This document shows positions 11,241 through 19,862 of a DNA stretch of 64,000 nucleotides, one piece after another. The stretch comes from Acidobacteriota bacterium (lineage in GTDB: Bacteria > Acidobacteriota > UBA6911 > RPQK01 > JADFOI01). Location of the stretch: positions 1,952,001 through 2,016,000 of the forward strand of contig OY760074.1 of the NCBI GenBank assembly GCA_963663035.1, written 5' to 3'. The stretch's first letter is position 1; each line of letters begins with the position of its first letter. The position numbers and the translations under genes are program-made. The notes under the pieces are model-generated. The model had not been told where the DNA came from, made no database searches, and was given only the letters and a program-made list of their open reading frames with translations.

Positions 11241-12299
11241 TTATCTGGAAGTTGAAACCTGGAGCCTGGAATCCGAAACCCTTGAATCCGCTATCGTTCT
11301 TCCCACTGCTCCGGTAATCACTCGCAGTTCTTCCATCAGCATGTCAAAGTGCTCCAGGTCCAGGGTTTGAGCCCCATCACAGATGGCGTTTTCGGGGTCG
11401 TGGTGGACTTCCAGCAACAGACCATCAGCACCCGCCGCCGCCGCCGCTCGTGCCAGGGGCGGAACCTTGTCCCGAAATCCTATGGCATGGCTGGGGTCTA
11501 CGACAATGGGCAGATGGCTCAATTCATGTATGACCGGGATTGCCGAGATGTCCAGAGTGTTTCTGGTGTGCGTCTCAAAGGTGCGAATCCCTCTCTCACA
11601 AAGGATCACCCGCTGATTCCCTTCGGCCATAATGTATTCAGCCGCCAGGAGCAAATCGGAAATCGTAGCGCTCATCCCGCGCTTGAGGAGGGCCGGTATA
11701 CCACTCTGGCCAATGTCGCGCAGCAGACCGTAATTCTGCATGTTGCGAGCTCCGATCTGAATGATGTCGATGTAATCTCGAGCCAAAGGAAGTTGAGACG
11801 ATTCCATAACTTCCGAAATCACCAGCAGCCCATGTTTGTCGGCGGCCTTGCGAAGGTCCTTCAACCCCTTTTCGCCATGGCCCTGAAAGGAGTAAGGAGA
11901 TGTGCGAGGCTTGAAGGCCCCACCCCGGATCACCTTGGCTCCTGCGGCCTTGATTCTGCCAGCAATGATATCGGACTGCTCGAAATCCTCGATCGTGCAG
12001 GGGCCCGCCATCACCACAACCTCGTTGCCGCCGATTTTCACATCTCCCACCTCGATGATCGACCCCTCCGGGCAAAAAGCTCGTGAAGCCAGCTTATAGG
12101 GCTGGGTGATGGGGTGCACCTCTGCCACGCCATCCACCAGCTCAAAATCACGGATATCAACTACCTGAGAACCTACTGCACCCAGAATAGTATGCTCCAC
12201 ACCCGTGGAACGGTGCACGTCAAATCCCTGGGATACCAGTTTCTCGATCACACCTTCGATCTGGCCTTCCGTGGCACGTTGTTTCATCACAATAACCAT
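11241..12299 (-). CDS. aroF: DAHP synthase type I-beta with N-terminal ACT/ferredoxin-like domain
   Basis: MVIVMK N-terminal domain, AGPC, RGGAFKPRTSPYSFQG, IGARNMQN, LCERGIRTFE, DPSH. Confidence 0.95.
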   Translation of the reverse strand: MVIVMKQRATEGQIEGVIEKLVSQGFDVHRSTGVEHTILGAVGSQVVDIRDFELVDGVAEVHPITQPYKLASRAFCPEGSIIEVGDVKIGGNEVVVMAGPCTIEDFEQSDIIAGRIKAAGAKVIRGGAFKPRTSPYSFQGHGEKGLKDLRKAADKHGLLVISEVMESSQLPLARDYIDIIQIGARNMQNYGLLRDIGQSGIPALLKRGMSATISDLLLAAEYIMAEGNQRVILCERGIRTFETHTRNTLDISAIPVIHELSHLPIVVDPSHAIGFRDKVPPLARAAAAAGADGLLLEVHHDPENAICDGAQTLDLEHFDMLMEELRVITGAVGRTIADSRVSDSRLQVSTSR

Positions 12300-12305
12300 G
12301 GTTTG

Positions 12306-12635
12306 TTACTCCTTTTCTAGCTTCCTTGCACCTTTGTGCTCTTGTGTCTCGTGCGCATTCTTGAGAGCTCCTGACTCCCGCTCCGCCCGTCTGGACTCAT
12401 CGATAATTCTCTCAAATAGACGCTTGACAGCCTCCTTTGTGAGCGGTCCATGGGCCTCCTTCCGGACATTGCCAATGACGTCTTCTTCGCGTCTCGGGTC
12501 ATAAATCTCTATTTTCAGCTTGTCTTTCAGCTTTCCGATCTCAATGGCGCATTCACCGCGTTGATTGAGGAGCTTCACCAGCTTCAAATCGATTTCATCA
12601 ATCTTCCTGCGCCACTTCTCAATATCGTCCATCAC
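12306..12635 (-). CDS. Monofunctional chorismate mutase (AroQ type)
   Basis: R.KIDEID..LV.LLN.R...A.EIG.LK.....IYDP.RE..V...F..II.ESR. Confidence 0.9.
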   Translation of the reverse strand: MMDDIEKWRRKIDEIDLKLVKLLNQRGECAIEIGKLKDKLKIEIYDPRREEDVIGNVRKEAHGPLTKEAVKRLFERIIDESRRAERESGALKNAHETQEHKGARKLEKE

Positions 12636-12662
12636 TGAAATCCGTGTGATCCATACGTTCCC

Positions 12663-12701
12663 AAAAAAAAGGGCCGTGAGTAGCGTCCCTACCCACGGCC
12701 C
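12663..12701 (-). terminator. Intrinsic terminator of the aromatic attenuator
   Basis: Minus-strand GGGCCGUGGGUAG-ggacg-CUACUCACGGCCC-U8: 13-bp stem with one G-U, ending 27 nt before chorismate mutase. Confidence 0.9.
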
Positions 12702-12727
12702 TAGTCAGTCTCCCTTGTGACTTTTAC

Positions 12728-12796
12728 TTATACCGGTGGGCAGAAATTCTCCATGTGCCACCAATAAAAAAAATAAAAGTTACAAGCTAAAGTCAT
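12728..12796 (-). CDS. Aromatic-rich leader peptide MTLACNFYFFYWWHMENFCPPV (22 aa)
   Basis: ATG 12796 to TAA 12728; codons 7-13 are TTT TAT TTT TTT TAT TGG TGG; overlaps alternative pairing segments upstream of the terminator. Confidence 0.88.
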   Translation of the reverse strand: MTLACNFYFFYWWHMENFCPPV

Positions 12797-12806
12797 ACGC
12801 GCCTTT

Positions 12807-12835
12807 AAGTTAGCCGATTATGAGCCTGAAAGCAA
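12807..12835 (-). promoter_or_regulatory. Candidate promoter TTGCTT-17-TAACTT for leader/chorismate mutase/aroF
   Basis: -35 at 12835-12830 inside the trpA 3' end, -10 at 12812-12807, 10 nt before the leader ATG. Confidence 0.45.
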
Positions 12836-13591
12836 GCTTTTTCTGACATATTCTCCCACTTTTTTCACCAGCTCCGCATCCGCTCGGTGCTCTTCAATAA
12901 AGCCCACAATGGCCGAACCCACCACTGCTGCATCTGCGTACTGCCAGACCTTCCTGACATCTTCCTTCGAGGTAATACCAAAGCCCACTGCTATGGGGAG
13001 CCGTGTGTAGCGGCGTAGAAGCTCCACTGTCTTGGGAACCGCAGCTTCTACATCGGTTTGCTTCCCAGTGACGCCCGTACGTGCCACCAGGTAGAGAAAA
13101 CCCTGGCTGACGTCACAAATCTTCTGGAGCCGCTCATCCGAGGAGGTCGGAGCCGCCAGAAAGATCGTATCCAGTTCCTTCAGAGGCTCCATACGAGAGT
13201 ATTCCTCGGGCGTGAGGTCGGTGATCAGCACTCCATCCAGACCAGCCCGGAAACCTTCACGATCCAGGTTCTCCAGTCCATAACTCAAAACCGGATTCAT
13301 GTAGCTCATGAACACCAGTCCGACCTCGGTTCTGGTTCGAATCTCAGCAACCAGATCGATGTAATCAGAAAAAGAGTATCCGTGCTGGAGCGCCTGAAAG
13401 GACGCCTTTTGGATAATGGGGCCGTCGGCAATGGGATCAGAGAAAGGAATGCCGATCTCAACGACATGGGCTCCACTTTCCGCTAGATGCAAGACAATCT
13501 CCCGGGTCGTGTCCAGATCAGGATGACCCGCCGTCACATAGGGAATGAAACACTTCCTATTTTTGGCGAAGATCTTTGATAATCTCGACAT
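12818..13591 (-). CDS. trpA: Tryptophan synthase alpha
   Basis: [41 protein letters not shown]; start MSRL at 13591 preferred. Confidence 0.95.
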   Translation of the reverse strand: MSRLSKIFAKNRKCFIPYVTAGHPDLDTTREIVLHLAESGAHVVEIGIPFSDPIADGPIIQKASFQALQHGYSFSDYIDLVAEIRTRTEVGLVFMSYMNPVLSYGLENLDREGFRAGLDGVLITDLTPEEYSRMEPLKELDTIFLAAPTSSDERLQKICDVSQGFLYLVARTGVTGKQTDVEAAVPKTVELLRRYTRLPIAVGFGITSKEDVRKVWQYADAAVVGSAIVGFIEEHRADAELVKKVGEYVRKSLLSGS

Positions 13592-14780
13592 CTTTGTCTC
13601 CACGACCGGAAAGGTTGATGATAATCCTCAGATCACGCGGATCTGACTTCGTGAGCTGCGCCAACTCTTCTCTTTTCAGACAGTAGGCCACCGCATGTGC
13701 GGATTCCAGTGCCGGAATGATACCCTCCAGCTCACTGAGAACCCGAAAAGCCTCCAGCGCCTCCTGGTCGTCAACCGAAGTGTACTCAACGCGCCCGATG
13801 TCACGTAGATAGGCATGTTCAGGCCCGATGGAAGGGTAGTCCAGTCCCGCCGAGATGCTGTGAGTGGTCGAAACCTGACCAAGCTCGTCCTGCAGAAGGT
13901 AACTGAGGGTCCCGTGCAAGACCCCCGGCCTGCCACCTTGAAAACGAGCTGCATGCTGGCCCAGCTCTGGCCCTTTTCCACCCGCTTCCACCCCGATCAT
14001 CCTCACCGAGTCATCCTTGAGGAACTCGTAAAAGAGACCGATGGAATTGCTGCCCCCGCCCACGCAGGCGACGAGGAGATCAGGAAGCACGCCCTCCATC
14101 TCCAGAATCTGTTGGCGAGCTTCTCGGCCAATCACGGATTGAAAATCCCGCACTATCGTGGGATAGGGATGACCGCCCAAAACTGAACCCATCAGGTAAT
14201 GAGTATTTTCGACATTGGTCACCCAGTCTCTCATGGCCTCGTTAATGGCGTCCTTGAGAGTACAGGCTCCGGCATCCACCGGAGTCACCTGCGCTCCCAG
14301 GAGCTCCATACGAAAGACATTGAGCGCTTGCCTTCGCATGTCCTCGATGCCCATGTAAACCTCACACTCCAGATCCAGCAGCGCACAGACACTGGCCGTG
14401 GCCACACCATGCTGGCCGGCACCGGTCTCCGCGATAATTCGGCTCTTTCCCATCCGCCGCGCCAGAAGGGCCTGACCCAGAGCGTTGTTGATCTTGTGTG
14501 CACCCGTATGACAGAGGTCTTCTCGCTTCAAATAAACCCTATGGCCCACCCGCTCGGAAAAACGCCGGGCCGGGGTAAGCGGTGTGGGACGCCCTGCAAA
14601 AAGATGCAGAAGTTCCTCAAGCTCTCTCTGGAACTCCTCATCCGCTCCCGCCTCCAGGTAGGCCTGTTCCAACTCTTCCAAAGGAGACATGAGCGTCTCT
14701 GGGACGAAGACTCCCCCGTAACTGCCAAAGTGGCCTCCTGACTTGAACTCTTCCCTTTCAGGCTTCGATTTCTTACCCAT
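13557..14780 (-). CDS. trpB: Tryptophan synthase beta
   Basis: [48 protein letters not shown]. Confidence 0.98.
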   Translation of the reverse strand: MGKKSKPEREEFKSGGHFGSYGGVFVPETLMSPLEELEQAYLEAGADEEFQRELEELLHLFAGRPTPLTPARRFSERVGHRVYLKREDLCHTGAHKINNALGQALLARRMGKSRIIAETGAGQHGVATASVCALLDLECEVYMGIEDMRRQALNVFRMELLGAQVTPVDAGACTLKDAINEAMRDWVTNVENTHYLMGSVLGGHPYPTIVRDFQSVIGREARQQILEMEGVLPDLLVACVGGGSNSIGLFYEFLKDDSVRMIGVEAGGKGPELGQHAARFQGGRPGVLHGTLSYLLQDELGQVSTTHSISAGLDYPSIGPEHAYLRDIGRVEYTSVDDQEALEAFRVLSELEGIIPALESAHAVAYCLKREELAQLTKSDPRDLRIIINLSGRGDKDVEIIKDLRQK

Positions 14781-15420
14781 TGCTTACACTCGCTCCCCTC
14801 ACATTCTCCATAAAACGCCTTAGTTTTCTTACGTCTTTCGTCCCCGGCGCCCCTTCGACTCCTGAACACACGTCCACGCCGGCTGGTTGAAGAAGATCAA
14901 TGGCTTCGGCCACATTCCCCGGCCTCAGGCCCCCCGACAGGATAAAAGGACGATCAATATTACGCAGCTCTTCCCAGTCAGCTGTCTTTCCCCGACCCCA
15001 GGAGGTATCGATGAGAATTTCGTGGTTGGGAAAGCGATGTGCTTCTGAAGGAGAGGTCGCAATATAAAGGGGTTGGTGGGCGGGAGGAAGTTCTGATTCA
15101 GAGTGCAGACCGTGCAGCTGAAAGGAGCCGATCGAAGGCACACGGCTGCTCGCTTTGGCTGTAGCGCTGAGAACGTCCTCACCGCTGACGACCATCACAG
15201 CCACCGTCAGGACATTCTCTGGAATTGCTTGAATGATCTCTTCAACCTCTTCCGGATCAATATAACGCGGGCTTTGGAGGTAAAAATTGAATCCCAGCGC
15301 GTTGGCTCCCAACTCGATAGAACTCAGAGCATCTTTGAGATTCGTGATTCCGCAAACCTTCACCATGAAACAGGGCGAATTCTTGACTCCGAATTGACCC
15401 GACTGCTCCTCAGCTGACAT
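14773..15420 (-). CDS. trpF: Phosphoribosylanthranilate isomerase
   Basis: [35 protein letters not shown]; true start may be about 15366. Confidence 0.92.
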   Translation of the reverse strand: MSAEEQSGQFGVKNSPCFMVKVCGITNLKDALSSIELGANALGFNFYLQSPRYIDPEEVEEIIQAIPENVLTVAVMVVSGEDVLSATAKASSRVPSIGSFQLHGLHSESELPPAHQPLYIATSPSEAHRFPNHEILIDTSWGRGKTADWEELRNIDRPFILSGGLRPGNVAEAIDLLQPAGVDVCSGVEGAPGTKDVRKLRRFMENVRGASVSNG

Positions 15421-15423
15421 GGA

Positions 15424-16233
15424 TTATTCCTCGCCTCTCAGTTGCCGCAGGGTCGCTCCTGGGTCGGAAGAGTCCATGAGAACCGAGCCGATCAGAAAAG
15501 CACTGAAGCCGGCATCCTGCAGCTCAACGATCTGTGAGTGTTCCTGGATTCCCGACTCTGAAATCAGGATGTAGCCTTCCTCTCCCTCCATCCGCCTGGC
15601 CATCTCAAAGGAGGTGCCAAGATCGACTTGAAATGTACGCAGGTCGCGATTGTTGATCCCAATGATGCGAGCACCACTGTTGATAGCCTTCTCCAATTCA
15701 AAGGGATCATGAATCTCAACTAAAGCATCGAGGTGAAACTCCTCTCCCAAGCGGATCAGACTCTCAAGTTGCCCCTCGGACAGACAGGAAGCAATCAGTA
15801 GAAAGGCCGAGGCGCCGGCATTCCTGGATTCAACCACTTGATACCGATCCACTATGAAATCCTTTCGCAACAGGGGTGTCTCGGGCATTTCCTGGGCAAT
15901 TTCCTTCAAGAAAGCCAAGTCTCCGGCGAAGTAGTTCTTCTCAGTCAGCACTGACAGGGCCACGGCTCCATTCTCGCGGTAGACTCTGGCCAGATCCCCA
16001 GCGGGCAGCTGGCAGGCAAAGGCGCCGCGGCTGGGACTCTTATATTTGATTTCCGCGATGATGTTGACACCAGCTTCTGTCAGTGCGGACTGAAAGGAGA
16101 CAGATAACTGCTCAGGAATCTGGCCCAGCAGATCCTCCAGGGGAAGCTCTTTTCTGGTCTCGATGAGTTCCCGCTTCTTGGATGCGACGATTTCCTCAAG
16201 TACAGTCACGTGTTCTCCACTGACAACTAACAA
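15424..16233 (-). CDS. trpC: Indole-3-glycerol-phosphate synthase
   Basis: IIAEIKYKSPS, SVLTE, LRKDF, GINNRDL, SESG; real start likely GTG about 16209 because the upstream part is heptamer repeat. Confidence 0.95.
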   Translation of the reverse strand: MLVVSGEHVTVLEEIVASKKRELIETRKELPLEDLLGQIPEQLSVSFQSALTEAGVNIIAEIKYKSPSRGAFACQLPAGDLARVYRENGAVALSVLTEKNYFAGDLAFLKEIAQEMPETPLLRKDFIVDRYQVVESRNAGASAFLLIASCLSEGQLESLIRLGEEFHLDALVEIHDPFELEKAINSGARIIGINNRDLRTFQVDLGTSFEMARRMEGEEGYILISESGIQEHSQIVELQDAGFSAFLIGSVLMDSSDPGATLRQLRGEE

Positions 16234-16254
16234 CTGACAACTGACAGTTGACAG
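16220..16254. repeat. Heptamer tandem repeat (YTRACAR)x5 between trpD and trpC
   Basis: ctgacaa ctaacaa ctgacaa ctgacag ttgacag. Confidence 0.9.
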
Positions 16255-17265
16255 TTAAGTTGTTGAATAGACCTTGATCAGTTGCGATAACTTCTCCAAT
16301 GCGGCACCCGAATCCAGAGACTCCCTGGCCTGCTCGATAGCCTCGTTGAAATCCCCTGCTCCCGCCACATGCAGAGCTGCCGCAGCATTGAGGACCACGA
16401 CGTCGCGGGCCGGACCCTGAATCTCACCTTCCAGGATTCCGCGAATCATGCGGGCATTCTCTTCCGCTGAGCCACCCGAGAGTTGCTCAATGGGACTGAC
16501 CTCAAAGCCAAGATCCTTTGGATCCAGATCGAAACTTTCCACTTTCCCGTCTCTGGCATCGGATATGCGCGCCGGGGCTCCCGTGGAGAGCTCATCCAGA
16601 CCATCGTGACTGTGGACCACCCAGGCTCTTTGGCAGCCCAAACCCAACAGGGCACGAGCCAACTTCTCGGTCAGGTCAGGAGAATAGACACCCACAATTT
16701 GATAGGGAGCCGAAGCCGGATTGGTCAAGGGACCCAACAGATTGAAAATGGTTCGCCGGCCGAGTTCACGCCGAATTTTGGCCACCCTCTTCATGGCGGG
16801 ATGAAAATGTGGAGCAAACATGAAAGCCAGACCAATTTCATTCAAAGAGGGCTCCGCGGCTTCCAAAGACCTTTCAATCCGAACTCCCAAGGCGTCCAGG
16901 ACATCAGCACTGCCGCAGCGGGAGGTGAGGGCCCGATTGCCGTGTTTGGCCACCGGAAGGCCCCCACCGGCGATCACAAAGACCGCAGCAGTCGAGATGT
17001 TAAAAGTATCCGCTCCCCCTCCCGTCCCTGCCGTATCGATCAACCTGGCATGCCTGGCACGCACAGGAATGGCCTGCCGGCGCATCACGCGGGCAAAACC
17101 GACGATCTCTGCAGGGCCCTCTCCTTTGATGGCCAGTGCTGTCAACAGAGCGCCGATGTCCTCATCGGGCGTCTCCTTCGCAAGAATCAGCTCCAGTGAC
17201 TGTTCCGCTTGAGCTTCAGTCAGGTCCTCGCCCTCACTGACGACTCTTGTGAATTCCTTCAGCAT
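16255..17265 (-). CDS. trpD: Anthranilate phosphoribosyltransferase
   Basis: DTAGTGG, FNIST, KHGNR..S..GSAD, RTIFNLLGPLTNP, DGLDE. Confidence 0.97.
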   Translation of the reverse strand: MLKEFTRVVSEGEDLTEAQAEQSLELILAKETPDEDIGALLTALAIKGEGPAEIVGFARVMRRQAIPVRARHARLIDTAGTGGGADTFNISTAAVFVIAGGGLPVAKHGNRALTSRCGSADVLDALGVRIERSLEAAEPSLNEIGLAFMFAPHFHPAMKRVAKIRRELGRRTIFNLLGPLTNPASAPYQIVGVYSPDLTEKLARALLGLGCQRAWVVHSHDGLDELSTGAPARISDARDGKVESFDLDPKDLGFEVSPIEQLSGGSAEENARMIRGILEGEIQGPARDVVVLNAAAALHVAGAGDFNEAIEQARESLDSGAALEKLSQLIKVYSTT

Positions 17266-17266
17266 G

Positions 17267-17833
17267 TCATTGTTGTAAAAAATTTTCTAAAATCTTCTGT
17301 CCTTCCAGGGTCATGACGGATTCGGGGTGAAATTGGACTCCAAAGACATCATACTCTCGATGACGCAAACCCATGATCAACTCATCCTCGGTCCAGGCGT
17401 TCACAAGCAGACATTCAGGCCAATCTTCTCGCCCTAACATAAGAGAATGGTATCGGGTGGCCTCGAAGGGATTGGGAATATTCGACAGCACCGAATCACT
17501 GTCATGATAGATGAAAGAAGTCTTGCCATGCATCAGCTGTGGGGCCCGGACCACCTTGGCTCCGAAAGCTTCCCCGATGGTTTGGTGACCCAGGCAGACT
17601 CCTAATATGGGGATTCGGGCGGCGAACTCTCGAACCAAAGAGACACAGATTCCCGCATTGCAGGGCAGTCCTGGTCCAGGGGATATCACGATACGGTCTG
17701 GATTCACCTTGCTGATGTCGGCAAGAGTCACTGCGTCGTTCCGGTAAACCTGGATATCACAGCCCAGCATGCCCAGATACTGCACCAGGTTATAGGTAAA
17801 ACTATCGTAGTTATCGATGACTAGAATTTTCAT
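17267..17833 (-). CDS. trpG: Anthranilate synthase component II
   Basis: IDNYDSFTYNL, ISPGPG, GVCLGHQ, RYHSL, QFHPES. Confidence 0.95.
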   Translation of the reverse strand: MKILVIDNYDSFTYNLVQYLGMLGCDIQVYRNDAVTLADISKVNPDRIVISPGPGLPCNAGICVSLVREFAARIPILGVCLGHQTIGEAFGAKVVRAPQLMHGKTSFIYHDSDSVLSNIPNPFEATRYHSLMLGREDWPECLLVNAWTEDELIMGLRHREYDVFGVQFHPESVMTLEGQKILENFLQQ

Positions 17834-17852
17834 TCCAAGTTAAGAGCCTTTT

Positions 17853-17885
17853 CTCCTGACTCCTGACTCCTGTCTCCTGACTCCT
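17853..17885. repeat. Heptamer tandem repeat (CTCCTGW) between trpE and trpG
   Basis: ctcctga ctcctga ctcctgt ctcctga ctcct. Confidence 0.9.
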
Positions 17886-17889
17886 TTTC

Positions 17890-19266
17890 TCATGCCAGCT
17901 GCTCCCCCAATTCCACGGCTCGAATGAGCGCCTCGGCTTTGTGGAAACACTCCTTGTTTTCCAATTTGGGGACTGAATCGGCAACGATCCCGGCGCCGGC
18001 CTGTATATAAGCCTTTCCCTCCTTTAGAACAACCGTGCGAATGGTAATACAGGTGTCAAGATTCCCTGAGTAATCCAGATACCCGATAGCACCTGCATAA
18101 ATGCCTCTCCGGATGGGCTCAAGCTCCTGGATGATCTCCATGGCTCTCACCTTGGGAGCTCCGCTGACCGTCCCGGCCGGAAAGCACGCCGCCAACGCAT
18201 CGAAGCGATTCAACTCGGGGCGCAAGGAACCTCGCAAGGCACTCACCAGGTGCATCACATGAGAGTACTTTTCCAGGAACATGAGACCCTCTACCTGCAC
18301 GGATCCGTATTCACTGACGCGCCCCAGATCGTTGCGACCGAGATCAACAAGCATGAGATGCTCGGCCCGCTCCTTTTCATCAGAGAGCAACTCCTCTTCA
18401 AGCTCTTTCTCTTCCGTTGCATTGCGTCCGCGCCGGCGGGTACCCGCGATAGGCCGATATTGAAGGTCCCGCCCCTGAACGCGGATCAGCATCTCCGGCG
18501 AAGAGCCGGCAATGCTCTGATTCCCCAACTTGAGAAAGAACATATAGGGGGACGGATTGAGGACACGCAGAGCTCGATAGACGTTGAAGGGATCCCCTTC
18601 AAAATCGGTTTCAAACCGCTGGGAAAGAACCGCCTGAAAGATGTCTCCTGCACGGATGTATTCCTTCACCTTTTCTACGGCGGCATAAAAACCTTCCTGG
18701 GAGAAGCTGGATGTGACTTTCTTGTGTGAAGTTTGGGGATAGTCACCGAGTTCGCGAGACACTAACTGGGTGTCTGTCCCCAATTTCACCTGCCCCCCAA
18801 ACAGCCTTTCTTCCAGCTCTTCCACCTTCCTTTCCCCCTGGTGGGACAGGATGATGATTTGGTGTTTCAGGTGGTCAAAGGCCAGGATTTCGGAGTAAAA
18901 ATCCATCAGCACTGGTCCGGAGCCACTCTCCAATTCAGTGCTGTCGGCCCCCTTCAGTTCCGGTAATCGTTCAAACTCCCGGACCATTTCGTAGCAAAAG
19001 GCACCCACGGCTCCTCCGGTAAAAGGCGGAAGATCCGGGTGGGAGGGGCGTTTTTCCGAAAAATTGCGGCGGAAGTCTGCGAAATTACCTTCGAAGCTTT
19101 GATCAGGATCGACTCCGATGAAGGAATAACGCCCGATCTTCTCTCCGCCTTCGACCGATTCCAGCAGAAAGGCCCGCTCGGAGTCCCTGGCAATTCTCAG
19201 AAAGGCCGAGACCGGGGTGAGCAAGTCTGCCAAAACTGACTTATGATAAATCATCCAACGTTTCAC
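17890..19266 (-). CDS. trpE: Anthranilate synthase component I
   Basis: LLES (Trp feedback motif), NPSPYM, SSPE, PIAGTRRRG, EHLMLVDLGRND, PAGTVSGAPK. Confidence 0.95.
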   Translation of the reverse strand: MKRWMIYHKSVLADLLTPVSAFLRIARDSERAFLLESVEGGEKIGRYSFIGVDPDQSFEGNFADFRRNFSEKRPSHPDLPPFTGGAVGAFCYEMVREFERLPELKGADSTELESGSGPVLMDFYSEILAFDHLKHQIIILSHQGERKVEELEERLFGGQVKLGTDTQLVSRELGDYPQTSHKKVTSSFSQEGFYAAVEKVKEYIRAGDIFQAVLSQRFETDFEGDPFNVYRALRVLNPSPYMFFLKLGNQSIAGSSPEMLIRVQGRDLQYRPIAGTRRRGRNATEEKELEEELLSDEKERAEHLMLVDLGRNDLGRVSEYGSVQVEGLMFLEKYSHVMHLVSALRGSLRPELNRFDALAACFPAGTVSGAPKVRAMEIIQELEPIRRGIYAGAIGYLDYSGNLDTCITIRTVVLKEGKAYIQAGAGIVADSVPKLENKECFHKAEALIRAVELGEQLA

Positions 19267-19279
19267 TCAATTCCGTGTA

Positions 19280-19490
19280 GCCGGGATTATGCATAGGTTT
19301 TCGTGACGAAGTGCCACAGGCGCCGCGATGACAAGGCGGGCGAAGGGGTACCCGCTTGCGGGTCGGGCCCCGCAGGCGTACTCATGCAGTACGCCGAGGA
19401 GCCCAAGGGGTACCCGCTCTGCGGGTCGCACAACGCAGTCAGCGTGGATGATTGCGGCACTGCAGTAGAAAATTTATGCATAATCCCGGC
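19280..19490. mobile_element. MITE copy 1 (211 bp, with 64-bp internal expansion), TA-flanked
   Basis: TA|GCCGGGATTATGCATA ... TATGCATAATCCCGGC|TA; near-identical to 37965-38111 and 42958-43104 outside the expansion. Confidence 0.88.
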
Positions 19491-19491
19491 T

Positions 19492-19529
19492 AAAATAAAA
19501 AGGCCGTGGAGAAATTCTCCACGGCCTTT
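19492..19529 (-). terminator. Attenuator terminator upstream of trpE
   Basis: Perfect 14-bp inverted repeat AAAGGCCGTGGAGA-att-TCTCCACGGCCTTT running into UUUUUAUUUU on the minus strand. Confidence 0.88.
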
Positions 19530-19585
19530 GAGCTTTGATCTCTACTGGGCCCTATGAAGGTTACAGTTCTCCGGCGTCTGGAGTC

Positions 19586-19627
19586 TTAGTTGTACTCGAT
19601 CCGCCAGAAGCAACCGTAAACAATCAT
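19586..19627 (-). CDS. trp leader peptide MIVYGCFWRIEYN (13 aa)
   Basis: SD-like GAGGAAGG before ATG 19627, single TGG at 19606-19604, TAA at 19588-19586, upstream of the terminator. Confidence 0.7.
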   Translation of the reverse strand: MIVYGCFWRIEYN

Positions 19628-19646
19628 ATGGCCTTCCTCATCCGCT

Positions 19647-19676
19647 AGCATAGGAGGACCCGGACCTCTAAGTCAA
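19647..19676 (-). promoter_or_regulatory. Candidate trp promoter TTGACT-18-TATGCT
   Basis: -35 at 19676-19671, -10 at 19652-19647. Confidence 0.55.
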
Positions 19677-19717
19677 GAACTTTTTTGCCCTCAGTGGTTC
19701 CAGCGCGCTTCGCGCAC

Positions 19718-19862
19718 GTTCCAGGTTCCAAGTTCCGACTTTGGGATTTGGAATTCTGAATTTGGAATTTGTTTGGAATTTTGAATTTGGGATTTCAGCC
19801 GGTCTGTCGGCTGTTGTCAGCTGTCAGTTGTCAGCTGTCAGTTGTCAGCTGTCAGTTGTCAG
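19718..19862. repeat. Composite heptamer array (TTCCAGG / TTGGAAT / TGTCAGY) with embedded palindrome CAGCCGGTCTGTCGGCTG
   Basis: Three heptamer classes in succession after the rho stop; 19791-19818 recurs inverted at 26385-26412. Confidence 0.85.

Noticed and set aside
19303-19557. ORFs 19303-19557 and 19287-19481, and the 43016 start sharing GSHNAVSVDDCGTAVENLCIIPA
   Set aside because: These are translations of the MITE, not a protein family.
19278-19862. CRISPR array in the repeat-rich region
   Set aside because: No regularly spaced repeats with unique spacers and no cas genes.
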